A stretch of DNA of 64,000 nucleotides from the human T2T-CHM13v2.0 reference genome, Homo sapiens. The position numbers and the translations under genes are program-made. The DNA lies in assembly GCF_009914755.1 (NCBI RefSeq), contig NC_060925.1; one strand, written 5' to 3'. The notes under the pieces are model-generated. The model did not search any database and was not told the DNA's origin. It worked only from the letters and a program-made list of their open reading frames with translations. Below, piece after piece: positions 13,906 to 27,363 of this stretch. How positions within the stretch are numbered: position 1 is the stretch's first letter; every line of letters starts with the position of its first letter.

Positions 13906-16674
13906 ATTTAGAGGACAGATTTCAATATTCATTAACTTAAATGGATTTTTTAAATCTTAATTACCTTTATATTTGAACAAATAAAGTTTCCTGATTAAAG
14001 ACTGCATTTTCCCTAAATGGGAATTTGACAAGATAGTAATAAGAAATAATTTGAAGAAAAAAAAAACTCAAAAAAAAAAGAATCCCACTTTTTGCATATT
14101 TAACTAAATTCTCCAGTTAGTGATGACTTTTAAACACTTTAATAGTAGATTTTCACTTAAGAAACTAGAGAAAATTTTTACTCATAAATTACAGCAATCA
14201 TTAAGATAGCTTGTTTATATGCAGATTTCCCTTTAGTAATGAAATATTTCATAATCTCTTTCTAAATGAACACATTCTCAATAAAAAGTTAATAGGATCC
14301 TAGCTGAAGATGGTAATTTGCAATTTATGCTTCAATTCTTACACCAGACAGTAGTATTTCCTGGAAAACCTTCCCTGATCCCTCCCAAGTTTGGGTTAGG
14401 TATTGCTTCATTGTACTCTCTTAGCTCCTAGTACTTACTATGCTGTGTATGCTACTGTATATTATTACTTAGTTAAATCTTTATATCTTCCTCTATATTA
14501 GCGGTCACAATCTCACATATTTTAAGGATGACATAAATAAATGAAAGACAGACAATGATAAATGGGAAGTAAAACTCAAGACTGAATATTTTTGAGATAT
14601 GAGAGAGTGGCAAAGACTGTGGTAACTTAGAAAACATATGCCCCATGTAAAGGGAATGGTCACTCTTCAGCTTCAGCTAATCATTGTCATGTAAAAATGT
14701 AGACCCATTATTTCCCAAAATTTCAGAGAATCATAAATTATGTGAAGTTTCCTAATATTTAAATGCTGGCCATTAATGCAGATTTTTAGTCATAAATACT
14801 CAACAGGCTAAGCCATATATATTTCCATTCCTCTTGTAGCCTGTTTGTAATCTCTGATAGTAATTATGAGCATCATCAAGGCAGAGACCAGATCCAAGTT
14901 GCTTATCATCTTATTCTGAGTGCTTAGAACAACGCTTGATATATATACTTAATAAATTGATGTTTTATAAGTGAAGAATGAAGTTATAGTTCTCTGGTAA
15001 CTGGGGGGAAGAAAAGTGTTTCAAAGGAGGTAGGATGAGGTTGACAGTGGGCAAAATGGTCCTATTTGGGCCATTAGAATAGGAAATTAGGAAATTGTCA
15101 GATACCTCTTTAAGGGATATTTTAGTAAATTTTGGGGAGAAGAGGATATAAAAATGGGTTGAAAATAAATACAGTTAGGGAAATGGAGGCAATAAACATT
15201 AATTTCTCTTCCAAAAAGTATAAGATTGGGCAATATTTGAGGAATGGCCAGATCAGGAAGGTTTCTGAAACAGCATTGTCCTATCTTTTTAAACTCTTGC
15301 TCCTTAAATAAACATAAAAGTTCAGAGTTTATTTAAATGTTATTTTTAAACTTTAAAATAGATATTATGTTATAGCTAAAAACAAATTTAAAAAATTAGA
15401 ATATTCATTATGCCTTTTCAAGTAGCATGTATTTACTTCCCCCGCCCCACTGCAATAGGTAGAGATTCTTATTATCCTCTTCCTGTTAAATCATCTCTAT
15501 ATTATTAAATGAGAGATGATTTAAGGATGTTCAAAGGCCAATTGGAGGCAGCCTGCAGGAATAAATACATTATGGAAAATGAGAAAATAGAAGAAGGAGG
15601 GATGGCAGAGGTGAGGGGAAAAAATAGGTCCAAAGCAAGGGTACAGATAATCTAAGAGTATGTTACTTCTCTTTTTTTCTTTTTTTTTTTCCAAAATTTC
15701 AAGCAAAGTCAAGTATTTCCACCACACTGAAACTCTTAAAAACTGATATCTTTTGTGAAAATAAATCCAGAATTGTTTCAACAGGAGACATATAGGTATG
15801 AACCTTTGTGAGTTGAGCAGTTATTTTCATACTGATTAATGGATACTTTCACTGGGGATGTCTATGATGCACGAGGCAGCTCTAGTCCATTAAATTTTAA
15901 TGCCTAGAACTAAGTGCATTTCATACTGAAGCCCTGAATAGTTCCTTGTCCTAAAGGAAAACTTAATAATATTCTTCAAAGCCTCCAAAATTACTTTTCT
16001 AAAAAAACCTTTTTCTTTATAAAAACAAATAAACTTTAACAATTGCTATGCTGGTGAAGAAAAAATATACTTAGAGAAACATTTTAAAAACTTTTATTTA
16101 TATGTCCCTATTTTATATCCAGAAACTTAGTTTTCTTTCCAATCAAAGTTCAGCTCCTTCTTGGAGTTTGGTATGACACTTCAGGGAATATTAGAGGTGA
16201 ATAAGGTATTACAGAAAAAAATTTAGCCCAACTCTGTAACCCTGCAGATAAAGAAATGGAAGTATTTTATGACTAAACATCTCTTGGGACAGAGTGGACT
16301 AAATCATAAGGTGAATATTCTCATAGAAGTAGGCCAATCTTGGGGGTGATACATTTAATATGAATATAAGCTTACACCTGTAAGTATCTTGAGTTTATAA
16401 GCATTTGCACATACATTATTTCATTTGATCTTTATTACAATCTTGTAAGGTAAGTAAGGTAGGTATTATATTTCTTTTTATAAAAATGAGGAATATAAGG
16501 TCAGGGCTGATACATGAAAGACAAATTATTAGCAGCTGAAGGGTAATTGGTGGGGAGGGAGAAATAACATGATGTATTAAGAAAAGCATAATATTAAAAA
16601 TCAGAAGACCTGATTTCAAATCCCAGTTCAGCCTCAGTTTAAAGTTACATTAAAGAAACACATTTTATGCTATG

Positions 16675-17085
16675 GAATGCCAATTGGGTTCTCTAAAAAG
16701 CGTTCTCTGAAAAGAATGTAGGAGTACAAGAGGTTTATTTAAAGGTGACACCTGTGAAAGGAAAAGGAATGAAACAGAATTGGTTATGAGGTGCCATCAG
16801 ATCCCAATACAGAGCTGCTAAAATCTCCGCCAGCCCATTGAGGAGCTCCAGAGGAAAAATTGCCTATGAAAGGAGTGCCACACGGGCTAGAAATGTCGAG
16901 GCCCTTCTTTTACCACCACCTTACTCAGTCATTGACTGGGAGTAAGGTCCACCCTGAGAAGAGACTGAACACAGCTCTAATGCTGCAGTGGGTCCTGAAA
17001 TAACTGAGAAAGCTGCCAGTGAACTACCATCCTGCCACACTCTTCATAAAGGGAGGTCTCAGTGGCATATCTATTTCTGCCACAC
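16675..17085. mobile_element. Old ERVL-type LTR (LTR16/LTR33-like)
   Basis: Diverged resemblance only (gaggtttatt...gcccattgaggagctcc...tactcagtcattgactggg). Confidence 0.4.
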
Positions 17086-17164
17086 ATGAGGAAATGCTCA
17101 TGATTCTATAATATATGAAAAAAGGAAATTACCTATATGTAGAATTAGATCAATAGTGTACATA

Positions 17165-17365
17165 ATAACAATTATTATGTGTCAAGCATTGTACTAAATG
17201 AATTACAGCATTATCTGATGTAATCCTCACAACAATGCTATGAGAATGATACAATTGTATCTTCATTTTACAGACAAAAACTGGACAGCTCAAAAGGTTA
17301 AGAAACATGTCGCAAATGTAGGAAGTGCCCATCAATATTGAAACACGAGTTTGCTTTGCTGGGAT
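17165..17365 (-). mobile_element. MIR SINE
   Basis: taatcctcacaacaatgctatgag...cattttacagacaaaaactggacagctcaaaaggttaag. Confidence 0.75.
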
Positions 17366-17517
17366 AGCTTGTGCTCCATCTGGTTGCACAAACATATGTA
17401 CATAGGACAAAGAATGGAAGGGAAAAATACACACATAAATAATAGTGATTATATGGTAGTACTATGGGTTATTGAATTATTTATTCATTTTCTTTGTTTT
17501 TTACATTTTCTTCTCTG

Positions 17518-18075
17518 AGGTATTCTGGTTGTCTGTTGAGGCATAACAAACTATCCCAAACTTGGTCCTCTAATGCAACTATTTTATTATTCTCATGGAT
17601 TCTTAGTTCAAAAATTCAGACAGGATGCCGTGTGGATGGCTTGATTCTGTCCCACAATATTTAGAGCCTCAGCTGAGAAAATGTGAATGAATGGGTTTAT
17701 TCATCAGCTGGTAGCTTGGAATTCTCTGGAGGCTTAACACACTGACTGGAATAAGTGTAAGGCTGGACTTAGCTAGAACAGTTGATTGGAGAGCCTTCAT
17801 GTGCGATGTACCTTCTCCATGTGGCCTGCATTTTCTTATACCATGGCTGACACAGGTTAGTCAGATTTGTTACGTTATAGATCAGGGCTCCCAGAGTGTG
17901 TTTTTCAGCAAACAGAAAGGAAGCTGTGTGGTCTTCTATGTCCTAGCCTTAGAAAAGAAACACTCTGCTCCACGCTATTGATCACAATCCACCCAGGTTC
18001 AAGGGGAAGGGACATAGATAGCAAATATCTGTGGGTTGAGTATAGATGAATGCTCACCATGTTTTAAAACCACCA
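17518..18075 (-). mobile_element. MLT1-family MaLR LTR
   Basis: gcataacaaactatcccaaactt...tctcatggattct...ccttctccatgtggcc...ttttaaaaccacca. Confidence 0.65.
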
Positions 18076-18929
18076 GAAGGTATATTTTGTCCATAATCAG
18101 AAGAAAGTACATTTTTATACATCAGTTTCTTTTCTATACTGAAATAGAGTTGAAATTTTTTTGTTTAATAAATAAATTTTAAAAATGGATGTAATATGGT
18201 AGTAGAGGATTTGAGCTCTGTGATATAGTGGTTGCTTATCTTGGCTTTATCCATAGCAATAATCACAGAGCTAACAATAAGGCAGGATATTAAGTAAGCA
18301 TTGTTTTAGAGTTTTATGGCTAGTACAGAGTTGCAGTTACTACCATTACAAAATATTTTTATCCATTTACATACATTTTGGGAGATCTATTCTACCTCAA
18401 ATTCTATTTCTCAAGGATATAGCTGGAGCGCTTTTTTGTCTAAGCCTCATTCTTCCACACATGGATTTTCTTCTGCTTAAAAATAATAAATATGACACAC
18501 ACAAATACATTACAAAGAGCTTATTTATCTCACACTTATAGGGTGCCTCTGTGTGTCACATTGAATAATAATGCTTTAAATTTGGCTAGAGAGTGCATAA
18601 AGGAAACTTGTCAGTTTCCACAAGACTCTTTTCTAAACAAGTCTTAAGAGACTTTCTTTTAAAAACATTGCCATTAGACATTTCTTATATATGGTAAACT
18701 GCAAGCAATAAATGAGATCAAACTTAGAGTATTCAAAATTTGCCTAATATTTGCATTTTACAGGAAAATTTTTTCCAGGAGGTGTGTACCATATTGCTGA
18801 CTCTTAAAATTATTCCATTAGGACAAAATATTCCAGTAGAGTAAGAGGCTTATCAGTTAAATACAGCAAAAGTATGTCCTCTCAAGTTTTTCCTTGAGAC
18901 TCGATCAGGAAAACCACTATGGAAAGTCA

Positions 18930-19175
18930 GAAGTGAAGTACAGACGTTGGAGTCCAACAGACCTGGGTTTGCATCTACCTTCAACACTTACAAAGTAAGG
19001 TTCAGTTAGCACTTTAAATTCTTTGAGCCTGAGTGACATCGGCTATAAAATAGGGTTAATAATTATTTTCTCTCATAGGTAAATTGTGAAGCTTAAATGA
19101 GAGGATATAGATAGAACATTTTTCATGGAAGTTGGCTCATAGTAAGCAATTTATATGCAGCAATTACTGCTTTAT
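18930..19175 (+). mobile_element. MIR SINE
   Basis: ttggagtccaacagacctgggttt...ctttgagcct...ttgtgaagcttaaatgag...catagtaagc. Confidence 0.75.
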
Positions 19176-20299
19176 GTTTATTATCTTTAGCATAGCTGCA
19201 TAAGATAAAAGTTTTATTTTGGCAGTATTCAGTTAAAAAGTATTTAGATCAATTAGAGGTCAATCTTGAGAAATCCAACCAAGGTATGAAAGGATAAATT
19301 ATTACTCTTAACTTTTGACCTTACCATTTGCCCATTCTGAAGGAATCCTAATATACTTTAAAAAAATTCCACAAATATTGACTGAATAAGGAGAAAAAAC
19401 AAAGATACTTGAAGAAAGGATAAATGTGTGTTTACTAAAACTGCCTAATAGATAAATGTTTCACATGCTCTGTGATTTACATAAAATTTATTTTAATTTA
19501 GCCTAGTACAGTGCTTGTCATAAAATAGACATTCATTAATAAATATTTGTTGAATAAAAGAGTATCCATCTTTCTACTGATTTATACAAGTTATTTATGT
19601 ATTAAATATGTAAACAATTTGTCAGTTTTATATGTTGTGAATATTTCTCCAACTCGTCACTTGCCTTATTGTGTTTTTAACACTTTAATTTGCTCAAATC
19701 TATCATATTTTCTATTTTAAAATATAACTTTATGCTTAAAAAGACCTTCCCTACTACTCTGCATTGAAATTTCTGACCATCTGCAGGGAAAATGTTTTAA
19801 GGCGATGTTTTTCCTATTTATCTCAAGACTAATCATGCCTTTAGCCCTCACCAAGATTATTGGTAAAGTGAGAGTTAACTCCTGTGAACTGTTTTCTCTG
19901 GAGGAGGAATTCTCAGTTTCTGGCAGCCTATCCATGGCTAAACTAGTAGACGTTTTCTCGCTTCCAGTACTGGTACAGCCTTTTTCCATGTTTTATTCCT
20001 TTGTTTGTTGCAGTGCCTAACTCGTGAAGCAGAGGGAGTGGAGTTAGGAGGAAGAGGTAAAGGGAAAGGAGAAAGAGAAGCTAAGTGATTAAATCAAATC
20101 AATATTTATTTGGAAGGTACTATAGGTATTATCAGAACAATTTTAAGGTGGTTACAATTACTCTTTTTTTATATAATCAAGGAAATTAGCAAAAAGGAGT
20201 GACAGAACTGCTCCAGTGCACATAGTCATTGTGAGAGCTGAAATTCTAATTAGGGAGGCTAATTCTATGACCTGCATCTTAACCCTGCCTTATATGCAG

Positions 20300-20920
20300 C
20301 TCAAATTTAACATGTGAAAACGAAACATTTTACTTCTGCCTCAAAATCTGCTTCTTCCTGGTTCTTCCCTATCTCTCTATCATTAATTTCCCTACTACTT
20401 ATTGCACTTGGAAGAAAATCCAAATACCCCATACCATGGCCTAGAAGGCCCTGCAAGATTATACATCTTTGACCTCATCTTGAAAATTTCTTTTCCTTTG
20501 TTTAATCATTTACTCAACATTGGCCTTATTGCTGGTCTTCAAACACAACAAGCTTATATCTGTCTTTCGACTTTTGCACTAGCTATGTTTCATATTTTAA
20601 TACTTATCCTTGAAATTGTGACTTTTTGCCATCTACCATTTATCTCAAAGTTCACCTCTGCAGTGAAGCTTTCCCTGATTAACCAGTTTAAAATAGCCAT
20701 CTAATCATTTGTCTATTTTTATCTCATATCAGTTGGTACTTTAAGCTACTGTATAGCAATTTCTTATTTGTTTACTTTTTGTCTCTCCATTCACGTAAAC
20801 ATAGTAAAATATAAGCTCTGTGAGAGCAGCGATTTCACTATCTTTACTCACTGCAGTGTCACCACTGCTCAGAAAAGAGTTTGAAACACCAGATATGCTC
20901 AATCAATATTTGTTTAGCAT
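20300..20920 (+). mobile_element. L2 LINE 3' fragment
   Basis: aaaatccaaatacc...ataagctctgtgagagcag...atgctcaatcaatatttgtt (L2 3' end). Confidence 0.65.
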
Positions 20921-23096
20921 ATAAAGGGTATATTGAAAAGAGAAATGCATAATCAAAACTGGGTGTAGGAAAATGTATCTAATTGTATGCAGGATGGACT
21001 GCAATGGGAAAAAGTATTAGTCGAGGAGACTAGTTAGGAAGCTGCGTAATACAGAGGATGATGCTAGAAATAAGAAGAAATGTGAGAAGTATAAGTCAGT
21101 TAAAACCAGTAGAATTCTGAAACTGAGCTGAAGGGACTCTAGGTCCCTTGGAATAAAAAAGTGCCATTCATATAAATAAGGAATGTTAGATGACAAGTCA
21201 GCCTGGGAAAATTATAAACGATAATTATAAGAACAATTTCAAATTTTGCATTTGAGATGCCATTGATAGGCAAAATATATGGGACTCAGACTTAGCAGAG
21301 AAGTCAGGACCAAAGATGCATTTATCAGATTGTATAATAATTACCAAAGTGGCATTTAGGAATGGGAAAGCAGCTTAGGGCTACATTTCCAAATCATACA
21401 CTTTTAGAAGACAGTCAGAAACAAAGAATAGGCAACAAAAAGGAATCAAGGAATGTATAGTTTTAGGAAAGCAAAGGAGATAAGAATTTTGAGAAGAAAG
21501 AGATGATCTAATCATAGAGAGAATGACTACAAGGACACTGGATTTGATAGTTTACCTTTAGAAATTGAAGAAGTGATTTCGGGAGACTGGTGAGGTCCTT
21601 AATGCCTCAGGTGGAAGAAACAGTCATGGTGACTTCACCTGGTAATACGATGAAAAGAGATGTGGGAAATAAATCTGCCTTAGTGAGGAGTAGTGTGAGA
21701 AAAGCAAAATTCAATGTAGAATAAGTATGGTGAACTCATTTGAGATTTATGTGGAACTTGGGTATACCTACCTAAAGATTGCTAAAGAAATGAGACTGCA
21801 ACTGTCAACAGATTCAATATCTTTTTTCAGAAGGCTGGAAAATGAAGGGAATAATAGAGATAAAATCAGCTTAGCTTCAGTGGGAAAAAAAAAACAAAAC
21901 TTTTTTTTTAAAACGGAGAAAACATAAGTTTATAGTTCAAGCATATAGAGCCAATGAAAGAAGAAAGGTTGAAGACGCAATATTTATTTCACTTTCTTGG
22001 GAGAGCAGGTAGAAAAACGGGAAGATTTGGAGACTATAACATTAATTTTACTATTTGTAGCTCTTTACCAAAGTTTTTTCATTTTTTAGAATTTCTTGTA
22101 GGCCTTTATGCAGGTGTGACAGCATTAAGAAATCAAACTTTGCCTTTTAATGGTAAAATTTTCTTAACAAACAGTATTTGATATTATATGTATGTAAGTC
22201 ATAAATGCACTGGCCTATCTTATGACTTGACTTTATTGCTACTTGGTGTGTTGATAGACCAAATATTATAGAAGTTGTGGTTTAAATTCCTACTTTGAGG
22301 CTTAAACATGGAAATCTTTGTATAACAAAGATTAAATACAAAACAAAATTACATATTGAATTTCAAAATAAAAATTCAATGACTGTTAATTGCTATTAAT
22401 ATTATAAATATTATTTCATGTATCTCCAAAGGCAGAAATACAATACAAATAATATTATAAAAAAGTAAGAATTACTTTAATTGTTGCACAAATTTTTCAA
22501 ATTTGGAGGCTCAAATAATGGTTCTAACATATTCACTGGTAAAACGAGTCAAGTTAAGAAAGATATTATGAATTAATTGTGCCTAGATTTAATGATATTA
22601 TTTATTAGGTAAGAAGAAATTACTGAACTATCATGAAACAGCCTACTGGGCTGCATGTACTTTGTTCAGTACTTGGTTCATACTCTCTTCTTAAATGGCA
22701 TATTTCATCCTCATCTCTAAAAGAAAAAAAATAAACCTTTAAACTGTTACTGTAAATTCCTGACCTCACTGGGAGTTAATTCTAGTTGCTGGAAAAGCAT
22801 ATTCATTGGAGTAACCTACCTGTAAAACTGAGTTTGTGGTTGCAAGAGTCTCACCATAGGTAATGTCCTTTCTGTCTTTCTTGTTCAAGCGGTAGAGGAT
22901 TGATTAGAACTGAACACCTCTGTCATTTGGTCCTACTTTCCACCATCTGAGAACTATTCTCTGGTATCTAATGTGCTCTTATGCTAGAAATCACACTTAA
23001 GTTTCCTTTGAGCACCTGAACTGGCTGATAGGCAGAAAATCAATACATCCTGTTGCACAGCTTTTGAACCTGTTATTAGCAGAAAAGTAACACTAA

Positions 23097-23309
<213 letters not shown>

Positions 23310-23649
23310 TGAGACTTTACAAGTTGGTTTATTTTTTAGCTACTGAACACATTGGGGTAAAATTTAGCTGTATAAATGAGCTTTGGATAGTCAATTCAGT
23401 CAATTTTCTAACAGTGTATTTAATCATCAGTTAACATAAAGGTAGCTAGATATACAGAGGCTTTATAGCAGCTCAGTTTCCACAACTTGCTATTTTAACC
23501 TTGGGGAAGTTACTGAATCTCATGACCTCCCTCTTTTCTTCACTTATAAAATAGGAATATTAGTAAGCCTATTATAATGATTAAGTTAGATAATTTATAT
23601 AAATCACTTTGTAGTTTGCTTAATGCAGAGTAAGGACAAAATGAAAAAT

Positions 23650-24210
23650 CATTCACTCATTCATCTACTTATGTATTACTTGAATGAATATTTATTCATC
23701 ACCTATTATGCACCGGATACTGTTTTAGATGCTGGGATGACAGTAGCAAGAAAGTCAGGCAAAATTTTCATTTTATAGAGTTTAGCTGTAAAGAATAAAA
23801 TAGACAATAAAGACAAGAAAATATTACATAATTTTAATTAGTAGTGAGTACCATAAAAATAATAAAGTGAGGTAAAATGAAAACAACGAGAGAGAAGGGG
23901 GCACTATTTAAAATAAGCTGTACAGTAAATATCTCTGAAAGGAGGTCATATAGGAAAAGAGATTTAAATATATTGAGAATGTCAGCCATGTAAAAGGAGA
24001 GAAAAGAATTTCAAGCTTAAGGAATGGCACTTGCAAGGACCCTGAGGCCTAAAAAGGCTGGGTGTGTTTGAGGGACATGATTGAGCCAGAGTTGTTAGAG
24101 TGGAGTGAGCGGAGGAAGAATGATGAAGACAAGGTCTGGTGATGAATGGTTCCAAGCCAAATCACACAGTGTTTTAAAGGTCATAGGAAGGACTCTGGAT
24201 CTTGTCTTAA
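23650..24210 (-). mobile_element. L2 LINE fragment flanked by MIRs
   Basis: cattcactcattcat...atttattcatcacctattatgcacc...ctgttttagatgctggg antisense L2 3' end. Confidence 0.65.
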
Positions 24211-25484
24211 ATTTAAAGTATTAATTTTATATATCCTATTATGGGAAGGACTTCCATTTGCATGATTTGGCTAACTTCACAAATCCTCATCGAATAGTTT
24301 TTATTGCCGCTGCCATTTGATAGATATAAAACTAAGGCTCTTATATAGTAATTGCCTTGACAAATTACAAAGCTATTGAGGAAAAGAGCCATGTTTGGAA
24401 TCCTGATCATTTTACTCAAAATCCCATGATTGTCACACTCTATCAATTGTGGAAACACCAATAGCTCAACAATGTAAAAGATGAGAAGTCTGACATCCTT
24501 ATTATTAAATAGTTATGTTTCCCCCTTTTAGTCATGTTGCAATTCAATTATACCTTCTTCACTAATACACACACATATACGCACACAAACTGTGAACAAA
24601 TAGAGCTGCATATAAAATTATACTTGAAGCCTGTAAAACAGAGGTGATCCATCTCTCTTAACAGTGTCACTTCAAAGGGCTCTTACATTCAATACAAATT
24701 AAAATATCTCGTTGAGAGCAAAATAGTTTCCTTCATGTTGACATTTCCACTCCTTTCCATATCACCTTATTTCCTGGAAAATAAATCCTTTTAGTGAGAT
24801 TCATTGTAAATATAGGTGAGTTTGTGTTACTTATGAGGAAAGGGGAAATTCCATTAGATTCACCTAAATATAAATGTTTTCCAAAAAAGAAAGAAAGAAA
24901 CTGAGGCCAGTGATAAAGTAAATGAGTGGTAAACATTAAGGGATCTGGGTGAAATAATTTATGAGTTAGACACTAACTTCTAGTAAAACATGATCAACCT
25001 CTTAATGCCAGGAAAATTACAGACTATGTCTTCAAAACAAAATCCTTTTTTTCCTAATGTTGTTTTGATGATAGCATTACAATGGCTTCTAAAGCAAAGT
25101 GGTTAAGAGCTTAGTTTCTTCATCTCCTATTCAAATAGCTCTGTTTTCTTTCTTTCTAAATCATAATATGGAAGAAGGTATTATATTGATTTTACCAGAC
25201 TTAGGGCAAACTTCACCAAAGTATTCCAAATAGATCTCTACTCTTGCCTTGCAATTCTTCATGGGTTTTCTAATTTTCCTCATTAGCTGATATTTGATGA
25301 CTTTTATAGTCAATAGCTAACACTGCAAAAAGCAAGTATAGATACATTAGCCTTTATTCTCTTCTTATATGGGGGACTAATTAAATTATTGATCAAATAA
25401 TAAAGAAAAGGGTATCCAAAACTATCTAAAATAATTATATTCAAAATTAATGTTTTTGTTGGAGTATTTCTTTGAAAACTATTA

Positions 25485-25923
25485 CCATTGACTTTTGACC
25501 AATGTGGGAGTTAGGAGCACTGATCCCCTGTACAGTTGAAAATCTATATATACATTTTGACTACCCTAAAACTTAATTATTTATAGCCTACTGCTGATTG
25601 GAAGCCTTATTGATAATATAAACAGTCCATTATCATGTATTTTTAATGTTACATGTATTATATACTATATTCTTAAAGTAAGCTAGTGAAAAGAAAATGT
25701 TATAAAGAAAATCATAAGGATTAGAAAATATATTTACTATTTATTAAGTGGAAGTGGATAATCATAAAGGTCTTCATCAGCATTGCCTTCACATTGAATA
25801 GGCAAAGGAGGAGGAGGAAGAGGAGGGGTAGGTTTTGCTGTCTCAGGGGAGGCAGAGATGAAAGAAAATCCATGTATATGTGAACTTACATAGTTCAAAC
25901 CTGTGTTGTTCAAGGGTCAACTA
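25485..25923 (+). mobile_element. Tigger2a (MER28) TcMar DNA transposon
   Basis: Terminal inverted repeats c(c)attgacttttga ... gttgttcaagggtcaact; body matches recalled Tigger2a. Confidence 0.8.
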
Positions 25924-26205
25924 TAATTGTAGTAAATAGTCACTGTCAATATATCTTTACCCATACGTGTGAATTCATTTAACATTTTTTCAGCCCCTAC
26001 TTTGTCTATAAATGGTTAGAATATAGAAATATAGGAATGATACAACAAAATAAGACATAGATTTTTCCCCTAAATATTCTGTAATGCAACTGGGCACACA
26101 AAATAAATATGCAGAAAAAATATATAAGCAATTCAAATGTAAAACAGCAATATAGTTATAAGTAAGGAGTAGGATGGATGAGAGTAGGTTTGATAATTGG
26201 GAATA

Positions 26206-26570
26206 CAGGTGTTCCTCAACTTATGATGGGGTTATATCTGAGTAAATCTATCATGAGTGGCAAATATCATAATGGAAAGTGCATTTAACACACCTAGCCT
26301 ACTGAACATCATAGCTTAGCCTAGCTGACATTAAATGTGCTCAGAACTCTTACACTATTCTACAGCTGGGCAAAATCATCTAACAGAATACCTCTTTTGT
26401 AAGAAAATGCTGAATATCTTATGTAATTTATTGAATACTGTACTAAAAATGAAAAAGCAGAATGGTCGTATGGGTACTCAAAGTATAGTTTCCACTCATA
26501 TGTATCACTTTCACACCATTGTAAAGTCAAAAAATTGTAAGCTGAACCATCGTAAGTTAGGGATTATCTA
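26206..26570 (+). mobile_element. MER47A (Tigger family) DNA transposon
   Basis: ta|caggtgttcctcaacttatgatggggtta ... aaccatcgtaagttagggattatct|a inverted termini; catcatagcttagcctagc core. Confidence 0.8.
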
Positions 26571-26649
26571 TTATTAGAAACATAATAATGTAGAGAAAAT
26601 GTCAGAGAACACAAAATAGAAGAGTTAAGAGTTCAGTGAGGATAGAGAT

Positions 26650-27025
26650 TGTATTAGTCCATTTTCACACTGCTTATAAAGACATACCCGAGACTGGGCA
26701 ATTTACAAAAGAACGAGATTTAACTGGACTTACAGTTCCACATGGCTGGAGAAGGCTCACAGTCATGGCAGAAGGCAAGGAGAAGCAAGTCACGTCTTAC
26801 ATGGATGGCAGCAGGCAAAGAAAGAATAAATGAGACGAAAAAGCAGAAACCCCTGATCAAACCACCAGATTTCCTGAGACTTATTCACTGCCACGAGAAC
26901 AGTATGGGGGAAACCACCCCTATGATTCAATTATCTCCCACTTTGTCCCTCCCACAACACATGGGGATTATGGGAGTACAATTCAAGATGATATTTGGGT
27001 GGGAACACAGAGCGAAAGCATATCA
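26650..27025 (-). mobile_element. THE1 MaLR solo LTR
   Basis: tgtattagtccattttcacactgct ... gggaacacagagcgaaagcatatca; perfect 5-bp TSD GAGAT at 26645-26649 and 27026-27030. Confidence 0.92.
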
Positions 27026-27307
27026 GAGATTAATGTGGACTCAAAGAGTTAGGGAAGGAGTTATGAGAGGGGATTTAAAATTGAACTAGTCTAAAGAATG
27101 ATGAGAACTAGACAGCAAAAATAAGAGGGATCTGGCCCAAAAATAGGAAGGAAAGAATGAGATAAGCACAGTAAGGGACAGTGAGTAAAATGATAACATG
27201 AAACAAATTGTGAAGAGTCCCTCTAGGTAAAATTAGGTGTTAAGAATAGACGAGACTAAAGAAACTTGGAGAGTAGAAGTCTAAGGCGTTTAATTTAATG
27301 CAAGAAG

Positions 27308-27363
27308 CAATTACTGTGGTTTACAATGTATAACACAATTTCTGTGGTTTACAATATATAACA
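27308..27363. repeat. 28-bp tandem duplication
   Basis: caattactgtggtttacaatgtataaca / caatttctgtggtttacaatatataaca (2 mismatches). Confidence 0.9.

Noticed and set aside
19717-20020. Overlapping ORFs on both strands (90 and 71 aa)
   Set aside because: No recognisable domain or splice context; partly in old repeat sequence
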